This document shows, in pieces, positions 25,359 through 37,725 of a stretch of DNA of 64,000 nt. A program made the translations under genes and the position numbers. The notes beneath the pieces are model-generated. The model ran no database searches, was not told where the DNA came from, and saw only the letters and a list, made by a program, of their open reading frames with translations. Each line of letters begins with the position of its first letter. Position 1 is the first letter of the stretch. The stretch is from Tubulanus polymorphus (Eukaryota; Animalia; Nemertea): the NCBI RefSeq assembly GCF_964204645.1, contig NC_134026.1, positions 10,005,950 through 10,069,949 of the forward strand, read 5' to 3'.

Positions 25359-28300
25359 TCAGCTATCATTAACCATGTCTTTTAATATTTTAATTCCTGC
25401 GATCCCTTTTTCGGCGAATACCTGAAATGTAAAACGGTTTTCATCACAGATGAGCTTCTTTGCGTTCTGCACCAAGGAGTGTGAAATTATCATTATTACA
25501 TAGTGGCCTGCTCCATAAACGACGTAATACGAAAGACCCGCATACTTCTTCACAAAACCGGCATTAATGTTGCGACCTGGTGTTTTGAAATAGAATGCCT
25601 TCGCATTGCGGAATTCCTCTCCACCATACCAGTTTAGAGCGTCCAGTACTGCCTCTGTTCCTGGAAAATCCGAATGAACGAGAGATTGATAAAATATCTT
25701 CAAAGGTACGCAAAAGTACACTTCCACATGAGTTTACTTACCTATTGCTGGTACGATACCATCAAATTGTCCATTATAGCATATCACAGTCAAATTAGTG
25801 TTCTGAAGAATCTCTGAAACTGTGAAACGTTTCACGACTTACACTTCTATATTCAAATAGGTTCCATTCATTACATTTCAAATTCCTTTTTTGGACAAAA
25901 TTAAATTTCAATATCTTACCCTTTTCGTGTGAGCTGTATTCTGAAATATCATCCGCTTCCATTCTGCGATTGACATTAGGACTAAAAGCTAGAAAAAAAA
26001 TGATATAAGAATGCCATTAAAGTCTTGCGCACACAGTAAGAAATAAACACGAGTCAAGTTTTCTTGGGAAGGTTATTCGATTGTCCCGTGACTGTGTCTC
26101 AAAACATAAGGTTACGTGAAAAGGGGAGCTGTGCGATTGCCTAAGAAACACACAGTCGGTGATAATGGGTGGATCATATTATGGCTGATCAGAATCACCC
26201 CATTTATGTATCACATGATTCAAATATTGCTTATCTCATGGCTAGTGTCGTTGTGTCGGTATGCTTATTTCATTAGCTTTGAACATGGAACTACGGACAC
26301 TAGTAAACACGTAATGTTTTTAGGTTGATTATTGCTATAAGCCCGCCACACTCGGCATAACATTTGTTTCGCCAAAAGAGAACACACGATTTTCACGAAA
26401 TGTTTTGCCCGCAAAAGATAAAACGTTCAACGGACACGGGATGAAAAACGTTTTCGACTACACAAAACGTTTTTCGCAAATCAAGCACTGTTTGAATCGT
26501 GAAAAACGTTTTATTTTTCTCGCGAAAAACGTTTTTCTGTTCGGCGTTTTGTGTTTTGACTCCCCCGCACACGATATAAACAAAAAACATGAAAAAAAGT
26601 TTTTTCACGAGGAAAAAAATGTTTTTTCGATACCATGTGCGGCGGGCTAAATGCACTAGGTTTAAAGAGCTACAATTAAGCGTCAATGGCATCACGATAA
26701 AAGGTAATTTGATTTTGTCTTGGTTTTTTTTTTCTTAAGACTATATGTCCACGGATTGTATAAGTTTTTCCAGAGATTGAGATATCGTGTACTTGATAAC
26801 GTTATATTGGTTCGAAAGCTTTTGCAGGCATTTGAAATAAGCTTCATTTCCAAAATATGCCCTGGATCCACACACTCCCCATGCTTCAGTTCACAAGAAA
26901 TACGAACGTTTAACTTCTTTGATACTTCGGAAATGTTTCAAATCTGGCCGCAAACGTTGAAGTTGTTTTAGCGCTAGTTTCATTGCAGGTGAATCATTTT
27001 GCAGGTAATACCACCAGCGCTTGTCACCTACAAAAGCAATGAATAATCCAATATTCACTTTTTAATCTATTATGCGGTAGATGCACATGGGAAAAATATG
27101 CATTCGAAATTGCACTTGATCCATAGATTTAGATTATCTGAAAATGACAGCCACCAGTTTCAGGGACTTGATGATAGGTCTAAATTGAAACCCAGTCACC
27201 TATTTACTACTACATACCGAATAGATACAATGATTTGATGAACCAAGGGCCAAATTCATTTCTATGATACCATATTTCGTTGCTTAACCAATTTACTTGC
27301 TTCGATTGTGTGAGCCTCACATACCCATCTATGAAACCGGCTTCGTGTGTTTGGCTATAGAGATCAGGTCAAATTGATAGGGAATCCAATTCTCGTGTTT
27401 CTCCTACCTGTAGCATTGCGCATATCTAGAGTCTCGTGAATATTTTCCATCACGTTGTAAATATTCATGTCCGTTCCTGCTGCAGACAGTACCCTAAAAA
27501 TTTCCCTGTATACATCGTGTGCCGTCATGTTTCCTCCGCCGCCACTTTTCAATAAGGCTGCAAACCTCCGAGCTAATCTATCCACCTCCACTTTATCAAT
27601 TGAGTTGATGATTGACTGTAATTCCGATCATGAATCAGCGATTATCAGAAGGCTTTTATCAATATGATGATTTATACAAAACAATTTGTATATGCAAAGT
27701 TTTTGGAAAAGATTTGAAAGATATATTTCTTTATCAAGACGGATGTAATTTGTGGTGTATGATGATTTGATTGCTGAAAAATTGCTTGAATTTTAATTGG
27801 AAAGGTCAATCAGGATTTATTATGCTGACATTTTGGGCCAAGCATAATTTTCCAACCCATCGAAGATGGGGGCATTCTTACTAGTCTATCATATAAAGGG
27901 GAAACTGTCGTTTTTCGTTACCAGTTTGTGCGATGTCTATTCGTTGTTCGGCCATGAAACTTAGCATGTGCACAGAGGAATGGTTTCTTATGGTAAAGAT
28001 AATAATTTCATTTGGATCCAGGGTCTAATTTCGCCTGAATTTAAATCCCTAAAGTCTCAGCAGATTCCAGAAGTAGGCAGTAGATGACATGTACATATGC
28101 GCGCGTATTGTTACAGCAGTGTTGTGCGTTTTACCCAATTTGACCCGAATTTCACTGATCCATTTGTATCCCTATACGTATAGAGAGCACTCCAAACCAG
28201 CCACTCTCAGTACAAGGTGAACAAATTTTTAAACAAATTTCCGTTGTTAGGCATAAGAATCCAGGAATAGAGGGGCATGTATAGAAAGGGTTATTCTTCA

Positions 28301-31300
28301 GGCTTCTGGGTGGAAATGTTGCTTGAGGGGCATTTTGAGAAAGGGGTTATTCCAGGGGAGGGAGGTAAAATTGCTTGAATTTTAAATGGAAAGGTCAATC
28401 GGAATATATTAGGCTTACGTTTAAGGAGCCGCGCATAATTTTCCAACCCATCGAAGATGGGTATTTTTACTAGTAATCAAATGCCTGATATGCAAATCAG
28501 AGGCGCTCTAGAACACTATAGAATGGAAAAATACAGAAGCTGAACGTTTTTGCGCGGTAACTTGTTGTGGCTGATTAGGGCCACGTAAAGAAGAGAAAAT
28601 ATGCCACTCGTTCTTCGCCATTCTTTTTTTTTACTTTTTACACTTTTCGCTTTTACGCCACGTTAAAACAAGCTTTTCGTTTCATCGCCACGTTAAAACG
28701 AACTTTTCACTTTGACGATACGTTAAAACCAGTTTTTCGTTTTAAAATCACGCTAAAACCAACTTCTCTTCAGTGTTGCGTTAAAGCGAAAAGTTGGTTT
28801 TAACGATGCGTTAAAACGAAAAATACCACATCAAAACAAGAAGTTAGTTTTAACGTGGCGTTAAAATGAAAATCCGGTTTTAACGATGCGTAAAAACGAA
28901 AAAACGTAAAATGTAAAAATGATTGGTGGACATCAAATGTCATTTCAGTTTGTTTTTGAACGTGGCTCGAATCAGCCAGTAAAACAAAGCATCATCTGCA
29001 TCGTGCGCTAAAACAAAGAACTGCGCTTCACCCTAGGCAAAATTACCTTCAGTGCTCAAAATGATAAGAATAAACGCGCCAAATTGAAGAATTATTTCCC
29101 CCTATTCTGAAAGTTTGTTTTTTCTTGTTTCGGCGTTCTGGTGTTCCAGCGGCCTCTTACATCGGACCCAAATCAAATCAGCCACCGAATTACCAAATGC
29201 ACGTTTTCTGATTTACGTATGAATATATTCGATATTAAATCTATCAACGAATGCACTTTAACAACAGACACTTACCATAGAATGCCAGAAATTACCCCAA
29301 GAACTGGTGCTACTTATCGGAGATATCCATGCCCCACCAATAGCAATACCTTTGAAATTGATGTCAACTCTACCATTTTGTATTTCCTAAAAGCATTCAA
29401 AAAGCCCGCCTAAAAGAAAAGCTCCTCAATAACGTGATCGAACGTAGTAGATTCTATCATTTACCTGGTGAAGTTGTAAAGCTAGTCTTGGCGCAACCTT
29501 TCCAGAATAAGATGATCCCACAATATAGAATTCAAGGCCCTATAAATGGAAATTTAGATAAAAATCAGGTATGTATACAGAACTGTTGAAAAATTTGCAG
29601 AAAGGGTTAGTACGTTTTCCTTCCCCCGAACGTAGTATCTTAGAATACATGCGCATGTCAAGATGCGCATGCAAGTATGTATGGAGTAAAATCGAAACTT
29701 CTTGGGTCCGGTTTAAGGATAAACCGCACGATTTGCCAACCATTTCACGCCATGTTTATTCGAATCTTTAAGCATCCTGATTGGATCTTATCCCACTCGA
29801 TGCTTAATCACCATTGATTTCAAACTTATCATCAAGCTCTTTGTTATGGCCTACACGATGAACATAACTCATTGAGAATACACTTGCAAAATGGACAATA
29901 AGCACCACTTTCAAAAACTAACCATCGAAATTCCAACCAACATGTTGGATTTGATGAGAAGGCCTGCGAATCGTAGAGTTTTCAGCTGTTTTACAACTAA
30001 ATACCCTTTTCATTTTTTCCGGATTATTACCTTCCCCTTTCCAAACAGATAATCGCCAATAGTCACTAAAAGCTTAAGCTAAACTATTTGACGGATTTCT
30101 AGTAAGATTTCTAGGATTTTTCCTAACCCCGATACCCACATAATTTCAAGTGTCAAATTTCAACTGATTTTGTTGACTGAACCCTCTGCGATACGTAAGT
30201 AATTTGTATAGGTTTCTAAAAATTATAGAATTATTTAGGCTGTATATCCATCATGTTTTCAATGCTTAATCCTTTTCAAATACCGTTAATCGTCAGGGGT
30301 TGATCTAGGACTTTGTAAGGGGTGGGAATCGAGTAAATGTATAAAGGATATGCAATGTTTACTGTTTGATGATAGAAATGTTTTGATTATTTCTTCCACC
30401 TAGTCATCTGTAGTAGCTACGGATACATTTCTTGCTGTTACAGGGCGTGAGGCCTTTTTTAGTTTTTTTTTCAAGAAATATCATTTGAACTGAAAAAAAA
30501 TGTTTAAAAGAATGTTTGAAAATGGACTGAACCGCCTAGTCTATGTGTATATTGCATTTAAAACCATTTCATGAACAATCTTTAATTCATAACTCGTATA
30601 ACACAGTCATTTGCCGTAGGAACACTGCGGGACCTTGTAAGGTAGGTCGTAATTACCGAGCCACGAACATATATTTGTAATAAAATAAAAGACTAGTTAA
30701 AGATTATATCAGCTGGAAACTTCTAAAAACCTTGCTTTTTGTTGTCGACTTTTTGTAGGGCTCAAGATTTTTAGAGTCCGGACCCCACCCCCTGATCGTC
30801 TCCCTCGAAAATCATGATGAAATCAGATTTCCCCATGAAAGTCGAGTAACATGCCATGTAAAACAATTATAGTATATACTGATTCAATCAAGTTGTTACC
30901 TTGAATTCTGGATGTTTAACCGAAAAGAATTGTCGTAGATATTCGAGTAAGTCAGTCACGACACCAAAGACATCCGATGTAAACAGGTGTTCTCCATCCG
31001 CGTAACTAAAACCCGTCCCTACAGGACTATCCACAAACAGAACGCTACAATATTCCACCTACGTAGTTAGAAAAAAACCAATAAGCTAGGTAATCTATCG
31101 CTTTGGCAAGTATATTATGCATAAAGGGAATTCATTTGATACCTATCATTTTTGACGCCAAAGTTTTACTAACAAAATAGTGCCAATTCAATCTCGATGA
31201 AAATACCATTATCTTACATCTATTCGTCATGATACATATGTGTTTTTGGTACCAAACATATTTTCACTGAGTCATGCACATGTACGTATAATGATATATG

Positions 31301-31889
31301 CAACTTTAAGCAGAATTTTTTCGATTAAGTTGATTTGTATTACGCTTTAAATCTTACTTACCCAGGATGTGTCTCTTTGGTTCAAATCGCCATCGTACGG
31401 TCCGATTTGTAAAAAGTTACCGATTGCGATACTGGATTCACCTGGTCCTCCCTAAAAAGTTGAAGTCGACAATAATGTGTTAGTACGAATGTATATGTCT
31501 ACTTGATGTCGCATGAATCTACTAGATCCGATCAATCCGATACGTTGTAGGATATATATTCATAATTGTATCTTTGCAAGGGTTAATAGAAATAGAAATG
31601 GTAAAATACCGATAACCACAAAATAAGTGGTCTTTTGTTGAATCCTTCTGGATGAGCAGTATGGTACAGCCATGAATGTAAATGAACGCCTGGTCTTACA
31701 GTTGTGAACTCTTTAATCGGATGCTTCGGTTCTGCACCTTATAAATTAAGAAGAATATATTACAATTCAAGAGAATTAAAATGCGATACAACAACGAAGT
31801 GCAGTTCAATGAGTAATTCAAATACCTGCTTTGGATAAAAGTAAGCTGAATATGAAAAAGAATCTATAAAAATATTTCCCAACTTCCAT
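25359..31889 (-). CDS. SCPEP1: SCPEP1/RISC-like serine carboxypeptidase (peptidase S10), paralogue A, ~441 aa, 12 exons: 31889-31826, 31737-31610, 31451-31362, 31058-30900, 29539-29465, 29386-29276, 27615-27408, 27027-26908, 25988-25920, 25819-25742, 25660-25500, 25421-25359
   Basis: All exons have GT-AG boundaries with consistent phases. Signal peptide MEVGKYFYRFFFIFSLLLSKAG; PLILWLS/GGPG; LFVDSPVGTGFSY; GSSYSG (Ser); GGAWISP; YNGQFDGIV (Asp); GAGHY (His). Symbol denotes family, not proven orthology. Confidence 0.9.
26341..26647. mobile_element. Second, inverted copy of the GAAAAACGTTTTT Harbinger-type MITE, in an intron of paralogue A
   Basis: TAA|GCCCGCCACAC...TGTGCGGCGGGC|TAA; reverse complement of 13931-14291; absent from the matching intron of paralogue B. 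Confidence 0.85.
27778..28473 (+). mobile_element. Non-autonomous Helitron (27885-28473) preceded by a duplicated 3' end (27778-27884)
   Basis: 5' TCTATCATATAAAG; 3' hairpin CCCATC-GAA-GATGGG ~10 nt before CTAG|T; the same 3' end occurs just before the 5' TC. Confidence 0.8.
28565..28980. mobile_element. Palindromic MITE with CCACGTTAAAAC repeats
   Basis: GGCTGATTAGGGCCACGT...ACGTGGCTCGAATCAGCC inverted ends; internal repeats flip orientation at the midpoint. Confidence 0.6.
30295..30794. mobile_element. hAT-like MITE (CAGGGG...CCCCTG)
   Basis: Ends flanked by ATCGT on both sides; a related 3' end lies in the same intron of paralogue B (~47640-47668). Confidence 0.4.
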
Positions 31890-32149
31890 TTCTAACCATT
31901 TGCTACAGCAAACTGACTGTTCCCGAAACAAGTAACTAATTTTTAAGTTAAATAGGTACAAATAATAGTGGTGATAATAATAAAAAATGCATAATAGCGA
32001 GTGGCCTGAATAGCGAATGACCTGAATATTGTCCATCACCTTACCGACATCAATAATGTTTACCACATCAGTTGCATCGATTTGCTAATTGAGAAGCTAT
32101 TATATACGGCATATAATTAGGCCCTAATAGATGAAAGTTACGAAATGGA

Positions 32150-32766
32150 ACTCATTTTCAATGACATTACAGTGTTGGCACAATCAGATTCTCTCCCGGC
32201 AAGTTGGTATACCTTCCTCGCTCTATCAAAATACAATGATTACTTAACATACATATACAATTTCTATGGTTCTATACATTTTTGGTAGCGTGATATCCAT
32301 AGAATGGCGTCATGGTGAATTCAGGATTTAGATTTTTGTAGCAGTCTAGTTTTGGGGAATTTGATATCCATTGACGCCAGTGTATGTTTAGTTCGGGTAA
32401 AAGATTTAAAATTAGATGGATTCTCTATCACTTCTGAATGGTTAAGGATGCCAGCAAGTTTTGCGAGGAAAGTATACCAAGTAGATTTGGACGAAATTGA
32501 CTCTTGCATGGCATGGTAAACCAATTTGTCCTGTTTAAACTGGTGAACAGCATGCCAGGAGTCACAGGCAGCTACATGAAGTGGGTATTTACCGAGTTCA
32601 CCAAATACAGCCAACCGACGTGTAACATTATTTAACGTATTTACAAAATGAGATAAATAGTTTCTGTAGGTGGTCATCTTTTTCGAATTCAATATTAAAG
32701 ACACCTGTTTTTGAGATTTTCTTTATAGGAGCTGTTTGAGGGGACCCAAATTTCACATCCACTTAT
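32150..32766 (-). mobile_element. LINE ORF2 C-terminal fragment
   Basis: GCEIW, AVFGELGKYPLHV and LVYHAMQES, homologous to the region after RT in the 16-21 kb LINE. Confidence 0.7.
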
Positions 32767-33510
32767 GAAGTCGATGGTTTACAGAAAAATTCAGCTTGAT
32801 CTGCGTTATGTATCATCTCACTATGTGGCGCTGCGGGCACACGGAAGACATCATTTGCTTAATGATTGCTCAAATAAAATCAAGACGGTATCTCAAAAGA
32901 AACCAAAGAGGCCACGACAGGATAACAAGATTTGGTTTGGCAAGTGTAGAAGGCGCGAGTACCAAAAATGAGAAATATCTATTGTAAGAACAAAACGGGC
33001 GAGAATCGTCAAAGTATGAGTGTTGTGTGTAACGCGTACAAAAGATTTGTGCGTAAATACAAGAAATAGTGCCATATGAAGTTCCATAACGATCTACGTA
33101 CTTTCCAATCGAATAACCCGAGAAAATTCTGGTCGATGTTGAACAGAGATCAGATGAATGCAGACGAAAACAATATCGACATCGAAACGCTGACGAAGCA
33201 TTTCGGTCAATTAAAATCTACCGATCATACAGACATAGAAGACGAAATTATCATACCCTCGAAACAAATACCCAAATCAACTGTCCGATAAGTGAGAGTG
33301 AAACACTTAGTGCAAAAAACAACGAGAAAAACAACAAAAACATCAAAAAACTCAAAAACAACAAGGCCGTCAGGATAGACTCAATTTAAAACGAACAGTT
33401 AAAATTTAGTGGCGAAAAAAACAGAATTTTTCAATTTAGTTCTTGAAACGGGGTTAGTCCCCGAATCATAGGTACGTGGGAGAATTAAGCCATTGTATAA
33501 AAATAAGGGT

Positions 33511-36079
33511 AGTAATAGGGGTTTAGTTGTTCTAGATCAAAGGTCGAACGGTCGAGCTCGTAAAAATGAAAAACATGAAAATAATAACAATTTCTACTTG
33601 AATTAGTAGCGAAACTCATAAAAATGAACATTATTTACATGAATTTCATATATTTTGAAATCATTTATATGTTAATTACAAAAGTGTGAGTAATAATTCA
33701 TATTTTAACAGATTTCGAGTAAAAATATAAGTAAAATAAATGGATAACTAAAAGAGTATAAAAGTGTGAGTAAAGTGTGAGTGAAATAGTTTATATTTTA
33801 AACATATTTCAATATTTATATTTGTATGAGTTAGATTTTTAAACATAAAAAGTGTGAGTAAAGTGTGAGTGAAATAATTCATATCTAAAACAGTGAATAT
33901 TTATATTTATATGTGTTAAATTCTTATTTTTTAACATAAAAAGTAACGAGTAATTAACGAGTGAAATAATTTATATTTAAAACAGTTAATATTTATATGC
34001 GTAAAATTCTTATTTTCAATATAAAAAGTAACGAGTAATTAACGAGTGAAATAATTTATATTTAAAACAGTGAATATTTATATTTATATGTGTTAAATTC
34101 TTGATTTTTTAACATAAAAAGTGTGAGTAAAGTGTGAGTGAAATAATTCATATTTAAAACAGTGAATATTTATATTTGTATGTGTTAAATTCTTGATTTT
34201 TAAACATTAAAAGTGTTAGTAGAGAGTGAGTGAAATAATTCATATTTAAAACAGTGAATATTTATATTTGAATGAGTTTTAATAAACAATTTTGTTATAG
34301 AAATGAAGAAAGAAGAAGAACCCAACTTTAAAATCGAAATCAATGAAACCAATAAATCATTTTCACAGTTTAACATTAGAAATTATATTTCAGCAACAAA
34401 TTTAGTGTCCGCCAGACATTAAAAAATCGATAACATAACTATGATTAATCAAATATTATCAAATGAAACATATTTAATTACTGAACTAGTAGATACTTTT
34501 GATAATGGCGTTAAAAATCCTAAATTGTTCAATACAGTTTTAAATTTTAAAGGAACTTTAGATGAAAACATATTTAATATTCTTAAAACTCCTTTCAATT
34601 TCAGAAATATTTACCTTTTATATGTTTCAAATCAAATAACAATTAAACTTACTCCCTTAACAGTTATTCACTAACTAATTTCTCAATGCTCTAACTACTA
34701 TATATTTGAAACATACAGCTTAATCTTATTTCAATATATATTCATTATTCTTTTCATAATTGATATGTTTAACTGTTTGATAATGCTTTGATTTATGTGA
34801 TCTTAAATATTTGCCACCGCAATAACAATACACTTTTTCATTAGGATTGAATTTTCTAAATTCATCATCTAAATTACATTGAACTGCAACATCTTTATAT
34901 GATTTTTCATTATCTAATTCACATTGAATTCCAATATTTGATGAATTTTCATTATAGTTAATTTGTTTATTATCAAAATTGAAATAATGTAATTGTCTTT
35001 TTTCAATTTTTAAGTTAATCAAATCATTATAATCTTTTGAAAGTATTAAATCACTTTTTCTTTCATTGAAAGGAGTTTTAAGAATATTAGATATGTTTTC
35101 ATCTAAAGTTCCTTTAAAATTTAAAACTGTATTGAACAATTTAAGATTTTTAACGCCTTTATCAAAAGTATCTACTAGTTCAGTAATTAAATATGTTTCA
35201 TTTGATAATATTTGATTAATCATAGTTATGTTATCGATTTTTTAATGTCTGGCGGACACTAAATTTGTTGCTGAAATATAATTTCTAATGTTAAACTGTG
35301 AAAATGATTTATTGGTTTCATTGATTTCGATTTTAAAGTTGGGTTCTTCTTCTTTCTTCATTTCTATAACAAAATTGTTTATTAAAACTCATTCAAATAT
35401 AAATATTCACTGTTTTAAATATGAATTATTTCACTCACACTCTACTAACACTTTTAATGTTTAAAAATCAAGAATTTAACACATACAAATATAAATATTC
35501 ACTGTTTTAAATATGAATTATTTCACTCACACTTTACTCACACTTTTTATGTTAAAAAATCAAGAATTTTACACATATAAATATAAATATTCACTGTTTT
35601 AAATATAAATTATTTCACTCGTTAATTACTCGTTACTTTTTATGTTAAAAAATAAGAATTTAACACATATAAATATAAATATTCACTGTTTTAGATATGA
35701 ATTATTTCACTCACACTTTACTCACACTTTTTATGTTTAAAAATCTAACTCATACAAATACAAATATTGAAATATGTTTAAAATATAAACTATTTCACTC
35801 ACACTTTACTCACACTTTTATACTCTTTTAGTTATCCATTTATTTTACTTACATTTTTACTCGAAATCTGTTAAAATATGAATTATTACTCACACTTTAC
35901 TCACACTTTTGTAATGAACATATAAATGATTTCAAAATATATGAAATTCATGTAAATAATGTTCATTTTTATGAGTTTCGCTACTAATTCAAGTAGAAAT
36001 TGTTATTATTTTCATGTTTTTCATTTTTACGAGCTCGACCGTTCGACCTTTGATCTAGAACAACTAAACCCCTATTACT
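33511..36079. mobile_element. Non-autonomous foldback Polinton/Maverick derivative, 2569 bp
   Basis: Termini AGTAATAGGGG...CCCCTATTACT; exact 6-bp TSD AAGGGT (33505-33510 and 36080-36085); near-identical inverted arms 33511-34599 and 35065-36079; very AT-rich. Confidence 0.85.
34726..35223 (-). CDS. Element-borne small protein with a C-terminal CxCG...H....KH zinc-finger-like motif
   Basis: EKVYCYCGGKYLRSHKSKHYQTVKH; this motif type is common in accessory ORFs of Polintons and large DNA viruses; N-terminus lies in the inverted arm and is duplicated as ORF 34441-34674. Confidence 0.55.
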   Translation of the reverse strand: MINQILSNETYLITELVDTFDKGVKNLKLFNTVLNFKGTLDENISNILKTPFNERKSDLILSKDYNDLINLKIEKRQLHYFNFDNKQINYNENSSNIGIQCELDNEKSYKDVAVQCNLDDEFRKFNPNEKVYCYCGGKYLRSHKSKHYQTVKHINYEKNNEYILK

Positions 36080-37599
36080 AAGGGTAATCGTCGTGATCCG
36101 GACAACTACCGTGGCATCACTCTGCTGAGTTGTGTGGGTAAATCATTTACAAATTACATCAATATTGAATGCACGTTTAGATGAGTATTCCGAAAGTGTG
36201 TGGTTGATAAATGAAAACCAAGCTGGGTTTCGGAGTAAATATTCTACAGCAGACCATATTTTCACACTGAAAGCACTTGTCGATATCGTAACTGCCTACA
36301 AAAACTCGTTCTAGTGTTGCTTTGTGGATTATAAAAAGGCATTCGATACAGTTCCCCATTCGGAACTATGGTGTAAGCACTTAAGAAAATAATTTGGATG
36401 GAAAAGTATTTACAGTTATCAGGAATATGTATAGTATCGCGAAATCATGCGTCTTCAACGAGCATTCTGATTTCTTTAGTTGCAACATATGCGTCAGACA
36501 GGGCGAGAATTTGTCACTTTTCTTAATTTCTCTTCATATCAATGATATACAGAACTATTTCTTGGAGAATGGCTTCAAAAACTTACAACTGTTCCTTTAC
36601 GGTTTTAAAATGGGCGATGAAATAGATGAGTTGGTTAACATGCTCAAACTGGCAATCCTTCTTTATGCTGATGACACGATTATAATGTCAGACAGTGCTA
36701 AAAATCTACAACAATGACTCAATTGTCTAAGCCAATATTGTACAGAAATAAGATCGAGGTCAATGTTGCAAAAACAAGATTGTTAAATTTAATAAAGGAA
36801 CCCGCAAAACAAATGAATTATTACAATTCACGCTTAATAATTAAACTGTTGGAGTCATCGATCAGTATCCGTACCTCGGTATCATATTTCAAAAGAACGG
36901 TAATTTCGGAAAGACTAAGAAAAATTTATGTGACAAAGCACAGCGTGCCATGTTCGACCTCGTAAATATAACTAGGAATCTCAAATTGTCCCTAGATATT
37001 CAATTTAAGTGGTTTGATACATTAGTTACTCCAATAGTTCTTTAATGCGGAAGTTTTTTGGGAATAAACCACCGCGGTTATTATTATATTTTGTGATCCT
37101 GAAAATTCAATGAAAATACGACAATAAATCTTTAATTGCAGATTGGGTTTATTTGATGAAATCCAAAGTCAGGATAACCCAGCTAGGCATGAGCTGGACC
37201 TTGATGACTCTGGCTCCACCTACAAACCCAATCTAGCAAAGATTTATCTGATTGGAGGATCCAGGTACTTGGGCTCTGACAACGGATAGATGCCAGATTG
37301 CTAAGAAAACAAACTTTGTAATTAGTGTCACCATAAGTATCTAGGCAAATGTAGCGGTTTGTTGACTTTAAGATACTATGAGAACAAAGCTTTCTCAGAC
37401 CAGAGTAACTAGGCTTGGCAGTCATAAATGGTACAGAGAGAAACATGAAAATAATCTTAGATATAAAATGATTTTTAAAATGTTATTTTTCAAAAATTTA
37501 AATCTGATATTTGGAAAGCTATATCTATGCAGATCAAATCTATGTCTGCCATGACATAGTTATTCCTAAAATGAAACTGCCAAATCAAAAAAGTACGTT

Positions 37600-37725
37600 T
37601 TGAAAAAATGAATAATATCGGTTTGCTATAGTTCTACACGGATCCGAAAGATGGGGATTTGAGGAAAAAGTCAATCGAACTTCTACATTTGAAATCTCTG
37701 AAGTATGCAATGAATCTAAAAAGTT
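37600..37725 (+). mobile_element. Short LINE ORF2 relic
   Basis: IVLHGSERWGFEE...IELLHLKSLKYAMNLK (frameshifted), matching the post-RT YGxExWG..IE.VH.KF.K motif. Confidence 0.55.

Larger units (their letters stand above)
32880..37065 (+). mobile_element. Degenerate LINE ORF2, interrupted by the mini-Polinton
   Basis: NPRKFWSML, PLYKNKG|NRRDPDNYRGITLLS (split exactly at the insertion), ENQAGFR, FVDYKKAFD, VRQGENLS, LLYADD, WFDTLVTPIV. Confidence 0.9.

Noticed and set aside
34303-35361. Alternative genetic code (TAA=Gln) in the mini-Polinton
   Set aside because: Only one in-frame TAA, and the ORFs themselves end in TAA; a simple nonsense mutation is enough
32150-37065. One LINE with a 5' inversion (minus fragment 32150-32766 plus the + strand body)
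   Set aside because: Both pieces include the E(I/V)W region with different sequence, so they are more likely independent insertions
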